Below the pieces are notes generated by a model. The model saw only the letters and a list, made by a program, of their open reading frames with translations, had not been told where the DNA came from and searched no databases. Made by a program: the position numbers and the translations under genes. This document shows, in pieces, positions 38,248 through 46,874 of a stretch of DNA of 64,000 nt (position 1 is the stretch's first letter; each line of letters starts with the position of its first letter). The stretch is from Candidatus Micrarchaeota archaeon. Its GTDB lineage: Archaea; Micrarchaeota; Micrarchaeia; Norongarragalinales; Norongarragalinaceae. The stretch spans positions 1,224 through 65,223 of the forward strand of contig CAZOKY010000001.1 of NCBI GenBank assembly GCA_964580705.1, read 5' to 3'.

Positions 38248-39075
38248 TTAAAAAAACACGGTTACGAGCAACGCGAGCAGAAGCATGTTGCCGAAATCCG
38301 CGATGCTCGTCGTGATTGGAATGAGAAAATTGCTTGGATCCTCGCCTTTACCGAAAAAGTAGAATCCCGCCGCGATGGCGACGAAGAAAAGAACGGTGAC
38401 GAGCAGAACGGCGTCTATCAACGCTATCGCGAAAACCTTGAACGCGACGAGCGCGCTTACGGCAAAACTCGCGCTCGAAATCACGAGAGCCGCGGCTGCG
38501 CCCAGCGTTGCGGTGAATACCGCGAGAAACAAGACTTGCATGAAGAGCTTGTGCAACTCAGCGTTCTTCCACCAACCGCGTTCGCAGCCCCTTACTTTTC
38601 CTTCGTGAAGCATAGTCGAAAAACGAGAGGAAATAATGGAAGCGTAATCCCCGATCATGTCGTTCAACGCGGGCAGGAGGACGACGAGCGGCACTATGGC
38701 AACGAACGCCGCCTTTATGTTTTCGAGCGCGAATCCTCCGAGCGAACTAACTATGGAAGCCAGCAACAGAATCTTGATGCTTTCCTTGATTATGGTTCCA
38801 GCGACGTTCGAGTGGGCGCCGTACTCTTTCACGTAAAAAAGCGTTTTGCGCGACAACTTGTGCTTCGCATGCAAGTCGTGCTGCAGCGGGTGAAAGTGCT
38901 TGCGCGGCAACGCGCGCAGGCGCTCGAGCTTGCGAGGCAAACGCGGCGTAACGACGACGCGCTTGTGCGCGTGCGCTTCGTGAAACACGCGCGCCAACGG
39001 GTTCCCGATTTCCTTCAAACCGGTTTTCCCGTCGTTTTTGTTTTCGGCTTCTTTTTTCCCGTTTTTGTTTTTCAT
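38248..39075 (-). CDS. MgtE/SLC41-type divalent cation transporter membrane domain with His-rich N-terminus
   Basis: PALNDMIGD..SIISSRFST.LH.G and DPSNFLIPITTSIAD motifs. Confidence 0.8.
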   Translation of the reverse strand: MKNKNGKKEAENKNDGKTGLKEIGNPLARVFHEAHAHKRVVVTPRLPRKLERLRALPRKHFHPLQHDLHAKHKLSRKTLFYVKEYGAHSNVAGTIIKESIKILLLASIVSSLGGFALENIKAAFVAIVPLVVLLPALNDMIGDYASIISSRFSTMLHEGKVRGCERGWWKNAELHKLFMQVLFLAVFTATLGAAAALVISSASFAVSALVAFKVFAIALIDAVLLVTVLFFVAIAAGFYFFGKGEDPSNFLIPITTSIADFGNMLLLALLVTVFF

Positions 39076-39650
39076 AAAACCGCCAAAGCTATCAGCAACG
39101 CCGCAATGCTGGTGATGTCGCCCGTAGATGAAACGAACGGGCCCATGATGTTGTTCGGGTCATGGCCTTTCTTGAACAAGTAAAGCGTGGCGGCGAGAGT
39201 CAACGGAATCTCTATCGCGTTAGCGATTACGCCCGCCAGCAAGGGAAGGAAAACGATTTTCCAGAATACCTGTTGAAGGAAAAAGTAGTTGAAGGCGAAC
39301 GCAACGACGCCCAGCACGAGGGAAACGAATACGGCGAGAAAGAACGACGCGGCGAGGTTTCCGACGATTATTTTCGACTTGATTTTGTCGGGGTTGATGA
39401 CGCGCAGAAACAAGCCGGAACTCAAGCGCGAAGCGAACGACGAACTGATGTTCCCGCGCATTTCCAGAAAGCCGGGCAAAATAATGAGCATTCCCGGCAG
39501 CAGCAACAATTTATCCGTGTACGCGGCTAGCGCGGCTCCCGCAATGACTCCGCCGGTTAAGGAAACGAGTTGCGACGAAAACATTTCGCGGAAGTCGCGG
39601 TCGAAAAACCGTTTATCGCCCGTTTTGCCCGCATTAAAGCCTGCAGTCAT
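39072..39650 (-). CDS. MgtE/SLC41-type divalent cation transporter membrane domain
   Basis: PGFLEMRGNI..SFASRLSS.L and DPNNIMGPFVSSTGD motifs; 4-bp overlap with partner. Confidence 0.82.
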   Translation of the reverse strand: MTAGFNAGKTGDKRFFDRDFREMFSSQLVSLTGGVIAGAALAAYTDKLLLLPGMLIILPGFLEMRGNISSSFASRLSSGLFLRVINPDKIKSKIIVGNLAASFFLAVFVSLVLGVVAFAFNYFFLQQVFWKIVFLPLLAGVIANAIEIPLTLAATLYLFKKGHDPNNIMGPFVSSTGDITSIAALLIALAVL

Positions 39651-39698
39651 GCGTTCACTATGACGCGAAACGCGGTTTTATTGCTTTCCTCGCTTTCC

Positions 39699-40355
39699 TT
39701 ATTTCCGCTTTTTCTTAATCTCTTTCCGTTCTTTCTTGAACTCAACGTAAGAGAAAACCACGCTGAAAACCGCTACGGCGATTACTGGCGCGATTACGAA
39801 GACGAACATCAAGTCGGGAAAAACGAGTCCGAGCAAAGAAATTATTCCGCACGCCTTGAATAACTTCGCGCCGACGGCGTGAGTGCGGTTCCAAACGCGG
39901 TCGCTACTCATCGTCCACGGCGTTCTAATGCCGACGAACCAGTTGCGCTCCGCGTGTTCCATCAAAACGCCGACGAAGTAAAACAACGCGGCGAAAGCCG
40001 GAACTAAAGCCATATTCAAGCTGAACGAAACGCCGAGGTTCCACGCTAGCGTCAACGCGTAAACGTAAGACATGAAAGCGACGAACAACACGACGAACCA
40101 ATCGTAATATTTTTGGAACGCGGCGTAATTCTTGCGCAACGGGTCGAGCCTAGGCAGAATGAGGAACACGCCGAACAACGCCGTCGTTAAAATCGGAACG
40201 AAGAACACGCCCCAAAACTTGTCCATGTGACCGTCCACTGCGCCGTTCGCGTTCCAGTGGCTCGCCATTCGCTCGGGCATTGACGGGTAAAAGTAAGCCG
40301 CGAGAAGAAACGACGCGACGATTAACGCGAGGCAAACGATGTTGGCGAGCTTCAT
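39699..40355 (-). CDS. SdpI/DUF1648 family membrane protein
   Basis: P..MASHWNANG.VDG and NWFVGIRTPWTMSSDRVWNRTH motifs. Confidence 0.9.
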   Translation of the reverse strand: MKLANIVCLALIVASFLLAAYFYPSMPERMASHWNANGAVDGHMDKFWGVFFVPILTTALFGVFLILPRLDPLRKNYAAFQKYYDWFVVLFVAFMSYVYALTLAWNLGVSFSLNMALVPAFAALFYFVGVLMEHAERNWFVGIRTPWTMSSDRVWNRTHAVGAKLFKACGIISLLGLVFPDLMFVFVIAPVIAVAVFSVVFSYVEFKKERKEIKKKRK

Positions 40356-40512
40356 TTTAAAAATCACCGTTAGGCGTTACGCGGCGCGAGAATTAAAAAC
40401 CGCGTTCAAACGCTCACGCACCCAACGCCAAGGCGAACGCGCTTGCGCCTGCTCCCCGGCAACACGCGCTTGCGCCCCGCGATTGCGCTCGCTTGAATCG
40501 CTCGCTTGAAAA

Positions 40513-42693
40513 CTAATTCTTCCTGGAAGGCTTCCAGTTCTTCATCAAAGCGCTGTTGGCGGTTACCGCGACGCTCGAGAAAGCCATTGCCGCGCCCGCA
40601 ATCGCGGGGTTAAGCAGGGTTCCGGTGAACGGGTAGAGAACGCCGGCCGCAATCGGGATTCCGATCAAGTTGAACGCGAAAGCCCAAGCGAGGTTTTCCT
40701 TGATTTTCCTTAACACGAAGCTGCTCAACCTAATTGCAGTCACGGCGTCGCGCAAATCGCTTTTCACCAAGACGACGTCGCCCGCCTCGATTGCGACGTC
40801 GGTTCCCGAACCAATCGCTATTCCGACGTCCGCTTGAGCCAACGCGGGCGAATCGTTTATTCCGTCGCCGATCATCGCCACCCTAAAGCCTTTTTTCTTG
40901 AGTGCCTTCACGTGCTTTTCCTTGTCTTGAGGAAGCACGCGCGCGTAAACCAAGTCGATGCCCACTTTCTTCGCTATCGCTTTCGCGGTTTCCTCGTTAT
41001 CGCCCGTAATCATCGCGACCTTGAAACGCATTTTCTTGAATTCGCGAATGGCTTCAGCCGACGTTTCCTTGACCGCGTCCGCAATCGCTATCAAACCAAT
41101 CGCTTTCCCGTCGACTGCTACGAGCACGACCGTGTTCGCCTGCTTCTCCAACTCCAAAAGCGCGTGCGACAACGAAGCATGATTCACCTTGTTCGCTTTC
41201 AGCAACGCCGGGTTCCCCACTAAAACCGTCTTGCCTTTGACTTTCCCTGCAACGCCTTTGCCCGCGACCGATTTGAAGCCGATTGCCTTGCCGACGCCGA
41301 GCTTGCGGTTCCTGGACTCAAGGACCACCGCGTTGGCCAGCGGATGTTCCGAGTGTTTCTCCAACGCAGCGGCCCAAGCAAGCACTTCGTCTTCGCTGAA
41401 ACCGCTTGAAGGAACGATTTTGGTGACTACGGGCTTTCCGATTGTGATGGTGCCCGTCTTATCCAAAACGACGGCGTTCACCGACTCGATTTTCTGGAGC
41501 GCGGCCGAGTTCTTGAACAAAACGCCGTTTTCAGCGCCTAAACCCGAACCCACCATTATCGCGGTCGGCGTGGCGAGCCCAAGCGCGCACGGACAGGCGA
41601 TTATCAAAACCGAAACAAACGCGGTTAACGCGAAATCAAAGCCGCTTCCGGCAACCAGGAACCAGAAGGAAAACACGATTACGGCTATGACGAATACGGC
41701 AGGAACGAACACCGCCGAAACCTTGTCCGCCAACTCTTGAATCGGAGCCTTCGACGACTGCGCTTCCTCAACGAGCTTGATTATTTGCGATAGAAGCGTG
41801 TCTTTCCCGACTTTCGTCGCCTTGAATTTAAGCGAACCCGCTTGATTGATGGTGGCGCCGATTACTAGGTCGCCTTTCTTTTTCTTGACGGGAACGCTTT
41901 CGCCCGTGACCATGGACTCGTCGATGAAACTCTCTCCTTCCACGACTACGCCGTCAACCGGAACCTTGCCGCCGGGCTTCACCAACACGACGTCGCCGAC
42001 TACGACGTCGTCAACGGAAACCTCGATTTCCTTGTTTTTCCTGAACACTACCGCGGTCTTCGATTGCAAGCCCAGCAATTTCTTGATTGCCTGCGACGTC
42101 CTTCCTTTCGCGACCGACTCCAAGTACTTTCCAAGCGAAATGAAAGACAGGATTATCGCTCCCGCTTCGAAGTAAAGGTGCCCGTCGTAGCCGAGCACCA
42201 CCGCAACGGAGTAAAACATAGAGGAACCGACGCCGAGAGTCACGAGGGACTCCATCGTAGGCGAACCCGTTAAAACCGACTTGACTCCCTTGACGAAAAT
42301 CCGTTTGTTCACGAACAGAACGGGGATTACGAGCGCGAATTCAATCCACGCCGCGTTTTCCATGACAAACTCCGGCAACCGGAACAAGTTGAAATCCGCG
42401 AGCATGAACAAGAGCAGCGGAAAACTGAAGACCGCCGACAACAGGAAGCGCTTCCAGTACGCCGCCGACTCATCTTCCTCTTTTTTCGCGTTCGCTTCGC
42501 CCTCGAGCAGTTCCGCATCGAAACCCAAACTGATTATTTTGTCGCGCACCGAATCGAACGACGCATCGCCTTCGATTGAAAGCGTTTCCGAGTCTTCGAA
42601 GCTCGCGCTATGCACGCCTTTCGCTTTCTTCAAGGCGGCCTCGATTTTCCTGGAGTCGGCGCCTGGAGAAGCGCCGTATATCTTGAGCCTCAA
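40513..42693 (-). CDS. copA: Cu(I)-type P1B ATPase with a Cys-less N-terminal HMA-like domain
   Basis: YFE, TGES, ACPCALGLATP, DKTGT, SEHPLA, GDGINDSP, MAFSS; TTG start overlaps the upstream TGA. Confidence 0.95.
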   Translation of the reverse strand: MRLKIYGASPGADSRKIEAALKKAKGVHSASFEDSETLSIEGDASFDSVRDKIISLGFDAELLEGEANAKKEEDESAAYWKRFLLSAVFSFPLLLFMLADFNLFRLPEFVMENAAWIEFALVIPVLFVNKRIFVKGVKSVLTGSPTMESLVTLGVGSSMFYSVAVVLGYDGHLYFEAGAIILSFISLGKYLESVAKGRTSQAIKKLLGLQSKTAVVFRKNKEIEVSVDDVVVGDVVLVKPGGKVPVDGVVVEGESFIDESMVTGESVPVKKKKGDLVIGATINQAGSLKFKATKVGKDTLLSQIIKLVEEAQSSKAPIQELADKVSAVFVPAVFVIAVIVFSFWFLVAGSGFDFALTAFVSVLIIACPCALGLATPTAIMVGSGLGAENGVLFKNSAALQKIESVNAVVLDKTGTITIGKPVVTKIVPSSGFSEDEVLAWAAALEKHSEHPLANAVVLESRNRKLGVGKAIGFKSVAGKGVAGKVKGKTVLVGNPALLKANKVNHASLSHALLELEKQANTVVLVAVDGKAIGLIAIADAVKETSAEAIREFKKMRFKVAMITGDNEETAKAIAKKVGIDLVYARVLPQDKEKHVKALKKKGFRVAMIGDGINDSPALAQADVGIAIGSGTDVAIEAGDVVLVKSDLRDAVTAIRLSSFVLRKIKENLAWAFAFNLIGIPIAAGVLYPFTGTLLNPAIAGAAMAFSSVAVTANSALMKNWKPSRKN

Positions 42694-42893
42694 AGTAACT
42701 CGTACCCCGCTTTGCCAACCGCTTGCTTGAGTTGCGGAACGCTCGCCTGCCTCGGGTCGTAATCCACGACGGCCGCGTTGTTCACGGCGTTGACTGAAGC
42801 CGAGGAAACCCCGTTCACTTTCTTCAACGCCTTCTCGACAGCCAAAGCGCACGAAGCGCAAGTCATTCCTTTAACCTTAAAAGACGCTTTCAT
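42690..42893 (-). CDS. copZ: Copper chaperone, single HMA domain
   Basis: GMTCASC and AGY motifs; GAGGTGG SD. Confidence 0.9.
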   Translation of the reverse strand: MKASFKVKGMTCASCALAVEKALKKVNGVSSASVNAVNNAAVVDYDPRQASVPQLKQAVGKAGYELL

Positions 42894-43026
42894 TTCTTCA
42901 ACCACCTCTTTCTTCAACCGCCACTTTAAACCCAACTGAACCTAACCGCCGTTTGTTTTTCAATACGCTTTATTTTGATTTATTTTGACTTATTTTTCGT
43001 TACTCTTTCAGTCCGTTATTTTCGTT

Positions 43027-43263
43027 TTATTGCCGACTCACCTTATTGCCTCCAACGCGCTCCTTGCTTCCGACGCTTTCACTGCTTCTGGCGCGTTTAA
43101 TTTCCGGCGTTTTGCTCGTGTACTTGGAGTGCTTCGTCCTGCAACCCGCGCAACAATAATCCTTGCTCTCGTCAGCGAGCTCCATGCCGCACAACTTGCA
43201 TCCTTTCCCCGCTGCATCGCTGAAAACCTCTTTGTGGCAAATCGGGCAACTCAAACCGTTCAC
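43027..43263 (-). CDS. Small Cys-rich metal-binding protein (TRASH/YHS-like)
   Basis: CPIC, CKLCGM...YCCAGC; GAGGTGG SD. Confidence 0.65.
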   Translation of the reverse strand: MNGLSCPICHKEVFSDAAGKGCKLCGMELADESKDYCCAGCRTKHSKYTSKTPEIKRARSSESVGSKERVGGNKVSRQ

Positions 43264-43302
43264 GCAAACCACCTCGAAATTGTTTCAATTCACTACCGCG
43301 TC

Positions 43303-44103
43303 TTAATTCACGACCGTCGCCTTGTACGTCTTGAAAACGTCGAGCCCAAGAATGTCCGCTTGCGTAGTCTTCGACGAATCGTATTCCACGTCGAAAAAGT
43401 TCGCGAAACGAAACGTGACGCTTCGCACGCCGGGAAGCTTCTTCAACTCCCCGCTGATGAGCGGCGCGTGCCCAGGACACGGAATATCCACTTGCAACGT
43501 CAATTTCGCCAAAACGGTTTGTGTTTGAAGCGCCGCGCCAGCGCCAGAAACGCCTGCGGCGCAAGCCGCGGAAAGCGTTGCTTGCGCGTCTTGCAAACCG
43601 CAAGCGCCCGACTCTGGAGGCTGGTACGCGTCAACTGCGTTGGCTGAAGGAGCGAAAGCGAAGTTCGCCGCCAACGGGAATATCACCATGAACAATAACA
43701 GGTTCACGGCAAGCGTGGAACCGTAAAGCACGCTCAAATACTTCCAACTCCGCTTCGCTCCAGCAGCGGAAAGATGACCGTTCTTGCGCAAGTACAACGC
43801 CGCCGAAAGCGTGGCGAAAACCAGCGACAACGCAATCAAGCCGTAAAAGAAGTACGGATTCAACAGCAAAGGCTTGAAGAACTCGGTTGCGACCGTAACG
43901 CCTAGAATAGACGCCGCAATGAACGCGATGCAACCCGCGTGCGGCACTAACCCGTAAACTATGCCGGAAAGCGCGCCGCTCTTCTTGCCTTCGCCGCCTT
44001 CGCGGCCTTTGCCGTCTTCGTTCTTCGACTTGCAACAGTCAGGCAACTCATCTTCACGCTTTTCAGAACCTTCTTTATTACTCTCTTTCACTTCAGCCAA
44101 CAT
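43303..44103 (-). CDS. Three-TM membrane protein with C-terminal HMA-like domain
   Basis: DCC near N-terminus, PHAGC in first TM, IPCPGHA...LPGV.SV...V.YD ferredoxin-like domain. Confidence 0.75.
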   Translation of the reverse strand: MLAEVKESNKEGSEKREDELPDCCKSKNEDGKGREGGEGKKSGALSGIVYGLVPHAGCIAFIAASILGVTVATEFFKPLLLNPYFFYGLIALSLVFATLSAALYLRKNGHLSAAGAKRSWKYLSVLYGSTLAVNLLLFMVIFPLAANFAFAPSANAVDAYQPPESGACGLQDAQATLSAACAAGVSGAGAALQTQTVLAKLTLQVDIPCPGHAPLISGELKKLPGVRSVTFRFANFFDVEYDSSKTTQADILGLDVFKTYKATVVN

Positions 44104-44225
44104 TTCTTACCACCCGCGTCCAACGAGCAACCGCACGCAACGCGAAACCGCTTAACGCGGATTCCCGCACGCGCTAACGTCGAACGCGAGATTAACAACC
44201 AGGAAACGGCTTATTACCAATAGCG

Positions 44226-44239
44226 TGAAACTAGTTTCA
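44226..44239. promoter_or_regulatory. Perfect 14-bp palindrome TGAAACTAGTTTCA, candidate operator
   Basis: Directly upstream of a TATA-like TAATAA (44211-44216, minus strand) for the copper genes. Confidence 0.5.
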
Positions 44240-44253
44240 GCTCGAAAACCGCT

Positions 44254-44282
44254 TTCAAACAGGCTTCAAACAGGCTTCAAAC
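44254..44282. repeat. 11-bp tandem repeat TTCAAACAGGC, about 2.6 copies
   Basis: Seen directly, spanning the stop codon of the wHTH gene. Confidence 0.8.
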
Positions 44283-44798
44283 GGGTTTCAAGACGACGAC
44301 GTTCGTCATCCCGCGCCTGCGGCGCTCGATTAATCCTTTTACTTCAAGCGAGTCGAGAACGCGCGTAACCTTCACTTTACCCAAACTCGTTTTGTCAACG
44401 AGTTCAGACTGCAGCGCTGAACCGCCGCCGTCAATGATTAAGCCTAAAACCGTTTTCTGTTCGTCGTCAAGCTCGCGCATCACCGCCGCGTAATTCTCGC
44501 GCGACGGCTTTTTCGCCGCCGCCTGCGCCGCAGGCTGCTTTATCGTCTTCACGATTACCGACGGGGGTTTGTCGTCGCGCGCGAAGAAAACCAGGTAAAG
44601 CCCGGCAGCGATTACGAGCGCCATGACTGCGAGCCCAACATTCGTTTGGAAATTAAGCGTTCCCCACATGGGGCACGTAGTTCCGTGCGAACACGACGAG
44701 TTAACGATGTCCGTCAACGCGCGATTAAACAAGAAAACTATTAACCCGATGAGCGCGGCTATGGCGATTACGATTAATCCGACAGTCCGATTCCTCAC
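44277..44798 (-). CDS. Membrane-anchored winged-HTH (MarR-like) regulator with CxHxxxCPM loop
   Basis: TM1 - SCSHGTTCPMW - TM2 - linker - LDDEQKTVL...QSELV...KVKVTRVLDSLE.KGLIERRRRGMTN. Confidence 0.8.
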   Translation of the reverse strand: MRNRTVGLIVIAIAALIGLIVFLFNRALTDIVNSSCSHGTTCPMWGTLNFQTNVGLAVMALVIAAGLYLVFFARDDKPPSVIVKTIKQPAAQAAAKKPSRENYAAVMRELDDEQKTVLGLIIDGGGSALQSELVDKTSLGKVKVTRVLDSLEVKGLIERRRRGMTNVVVLKPV

Positions 44799-44805
44799 GC
44801 CAACA

Positions 44806-45477
44806 TCACCCGACAAGTTTCAGCAAACCGCTGAAGCGCTTCAAGCGCGGTATTCCCCGCAACTCGCGCGCGCGTTCATTACGCTTCCAGTGAATTAAAA
44901 CAAGCGGCACGCCTACGCGGTGAGCCAAGCGCGCGTCCACGACTGTGTCGCCCACGTAAAGCACTTCGCGCGGCGAAACGCCGAGTTTCTTCAGTATTTT
45001 GCGGAACCCGACTGGCGAAGGTTTCGGAGGCGCGTCGCTCGCCGTAACGACTGCGTCGAACGCGTTGAAACCGATTATTTTTTGCGTGATGCGTACTTCG
45101 TTGCGCGACTGGTTCGTGACGACGGCGAGCTTGAACCCGCGCTTCTTCAACGCGCGAAGCGTTGCGTGCACGCCGGGCATCGGCTTGCCGTACTTCGGAA
45201 GGTAATGGCTGAAGTAAACGCCGTCGCCCCACTTGAACAGTTTAAATGCGAGGCTGCGAGCGTTCTTTTTGCCTGCGACGAACGGCGTAAACCACTCGAC
45301 GCCGTGCATTCCCGCGCGAGTTAAAATCCGTTTCTTCGAAACGCGCACGTTCGCGAAGCGCAGCAGCGCCGTCTGAACGACGCGCGGATAAGCGTCCTCC
45401 GTATCGATGAGGACTCCATCCACGTCGAACACGACTGCCTTTATTTTCTCGGTTTTCTTGATTTTGCCTGCGTTCAT
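44806..45477 (-). CDS. HAD-superfamily hydrolase
   Basis: FDVDGVLID, VVTN, KPSP, YVGDTVVD. Confidence 0.92.
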   Translation of the reverse strand: MNAGKIKKTEKIKAVVFDVDGVLIDTEDAYPRVVQTALLRFANVRVSKKRILTRAGMHGVEWFTPFVAGKKNARSLAFKLFKWGDGVYFSHYLPKYGKPMPGVHATLRALKKRGFKLAVVTNQSRNEVRITQKIIGFNAFDAVVTASDAPPKPSPVGFRKILKKLGVSPREVLYVGDTVVDARLAHRVGVPLVLIHWKRNERARELRGIPRLKRFSGLLKLVG

Positions 45478-45503
45478 GGAATCAACTAAGCGGAAAAAAA
45501 GAG

Positions 45504-45574
45504 TGCGGCCGCCGGGAATCGAACCCGGGTCTCAAGCTTGGAAAGCTCGAATCATACCATTGGACCACGGCCGC
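45504..45574 (-). tRNA. tRNA-Gly(TCC), no intron
   Basis: GCGGCCG...CGAGC-TT-TCC-AA-GCTTG...CCGGG-TTCGATT-CCCGG-CGGCCGC-A. Confidence 0.97.
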
Positions 45575-45626
45575 GCGAAAACGAGAAACCGAATTAAGTT
45601 TATCGATTGCGGGAAATAAAAACGAG

Positions 45627-45700
45627 TGGGGGAACCGAGATTCGAACTCGGGTCACGACCACCCCAAGGTCGTAGCATTGCCAGGCTAGCCCATTCCCCC
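45627..45700 (-). tRNA. tRNA-Pro(GGG), no intron
   Basis: GGGGGAA...CGACC-TT-GGG-GT-GGTCG...CCGAG-TTCGAAT-CTCGG-TTCCCCC-A. Confidence 0.96.
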
Positions 45701-45728
45701 AAAAAAGCGAGAAACCACTTTTCAAGCG

Positions 45729-46817
45729 TCAAACGCTCGAGAAAGCATTATAGTAAGCTTCATTGTTTTTAACCCATTCGGGAACGCCGCAAGAACGCAA
45801 CGCGCGCTTTCCGAAAGGCAAACCCTGCGAAAGCAGCCAAGAAACAATCGCACGGCTGCAAACCAAGCAACGATAACTACGCGCGCCCGTCTTCGTCGCG
45901 TAAGGAACGCGCAAACCGAATTCTTCCTCAATCACGCCCGCAAAATCGCGCAGCAGTTTTTCCGAAGACGAAACCACGTAAAACTGTTTTCCGTTGCGGA
46001 TAACGTTTCCGTAACGCATGACGTAAGCCAGCAACTTCGCCAAATTCGCGTTCAGTTGAACGGGAATCTCAACGCGCCATTTTTCAGGTTGTTTTTCGGC
46101 GTCAAAACGAAAATCGTTAAACCACAAAGCGTTTTTGTAACCAAGAGGTGCTACAGAATGCGTTTCAGCGACCTTGCGCAACAAGCTGTTTTTCACTGCA
46201 TCACAACCGAAATCGACTTCTCGCTCGAAAGCAGGCAACGACTTGGTTCGAATAAGGAAACTCAACGCCGCCGTGGTTTTACCATCTTTCCTCAGGTTTC
46301 CAGGTTGAAGCCAAGTTCGAGAAGTCGCCACGCCGAATGTTCGTAGCATTTCCTTCAAGTCTTCAACGAAAGCGATTCCTCCGTCAAGCAATTCCTCGCT
46401 CTTGAAAACCTTGAAGCCGACGCTGAAAGAATAGGCATTGCTTTTCTTCGAAATCCAACCCTCGCATTGAAAAGCAGTCGCGAGGTAAGCACGGGAAAAC
46501 GCTCGATTTTCTTTGATCCAACGCGGGACTCGAAAAACGCAAAGCATTTTGTCTCCTTTCGGCGCCCCTGCTTCGAACAACAACCTGCTGACCCGCACGC
46601 TGTTAAAACGGCACTTGAAACTCGTTCCGAAACCAGTGCCTTTCGCGTAACTAGATTTCAAATCGAACTTATTTTTTACCAACGCCTCGAAGTCTTTCAA
46701 CGCTTGCCAGTCGGCAGAAGACAGGTAGAAGTGAGAAAGATTTTTACTTAAGTGGCCGTCGAACGTCACGTAACTAATTATTCGCGCCAAATCAGCGTCA
46801 AAAAAAGTAGAGTTCAC
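45729..46817 (-). CDS. Free-standing LAGLIDADG (intein DOD-type) homing endonuclease-like protein
   Basis: LARIISYVTFDG, G.P.G.K....VP.WI, AYLATAFQCEG, L..FGV, plus a third degenerate LAKLLAYVMRYG unit; no intein splicing motifs. Confidence 0.82.
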   Translation of the reverse strand: MNSTFFDADLARIISYVTFDGHLSKNLSHFYLSSADWQALKDFEALVKNKFDLKSSYAKGTGFGTSFKCRFNSVRVSRLLFEAGAPKGDKMLCVFRVPRWIKENRAFSRAYLATAFQCEGWISKKSNAYSFSVGFKVFKSEELLDGGIAFVEDLKEMLRTFGVATSRTWLQPGNLRKDGKTTAALSFLIRTKSLPAFEREVDFGCDAVKNSLLRKVAETHSVAPLGYKNALWFNDFRFDAEKQPEKWRVEIPVQLNANLAKLLAYVMRYGNVIRNGKQFYVVSSSEKLLRDFAGVIEEEFGLRVPYATKTGARSYRCLVCSRAIVSWLLSQGLPFGKRALRSCGVPEWVKNNEAYYNAFSSV

Positions 46818-46874
46818 GCTAAATAAAAACTAAACGCGAATTAAAAGCGCGACGGAGGTTCGCTTCCAGTGAAC

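Noticed and set aside
42690..42861. ORF-track N-terminal extension of CopA (start 42861) or a copA pseudogene
   Set aside because: The extension is an alternative frame of copZ. A TTG overlapping the copZ stop gives an intact ATPase.
34946..45574. Integrated element or provirus ending at tRNA-Gly
   Set aside because: No integrase, transposase, viral genes or duplicated tRNA 3' end were found by eye.
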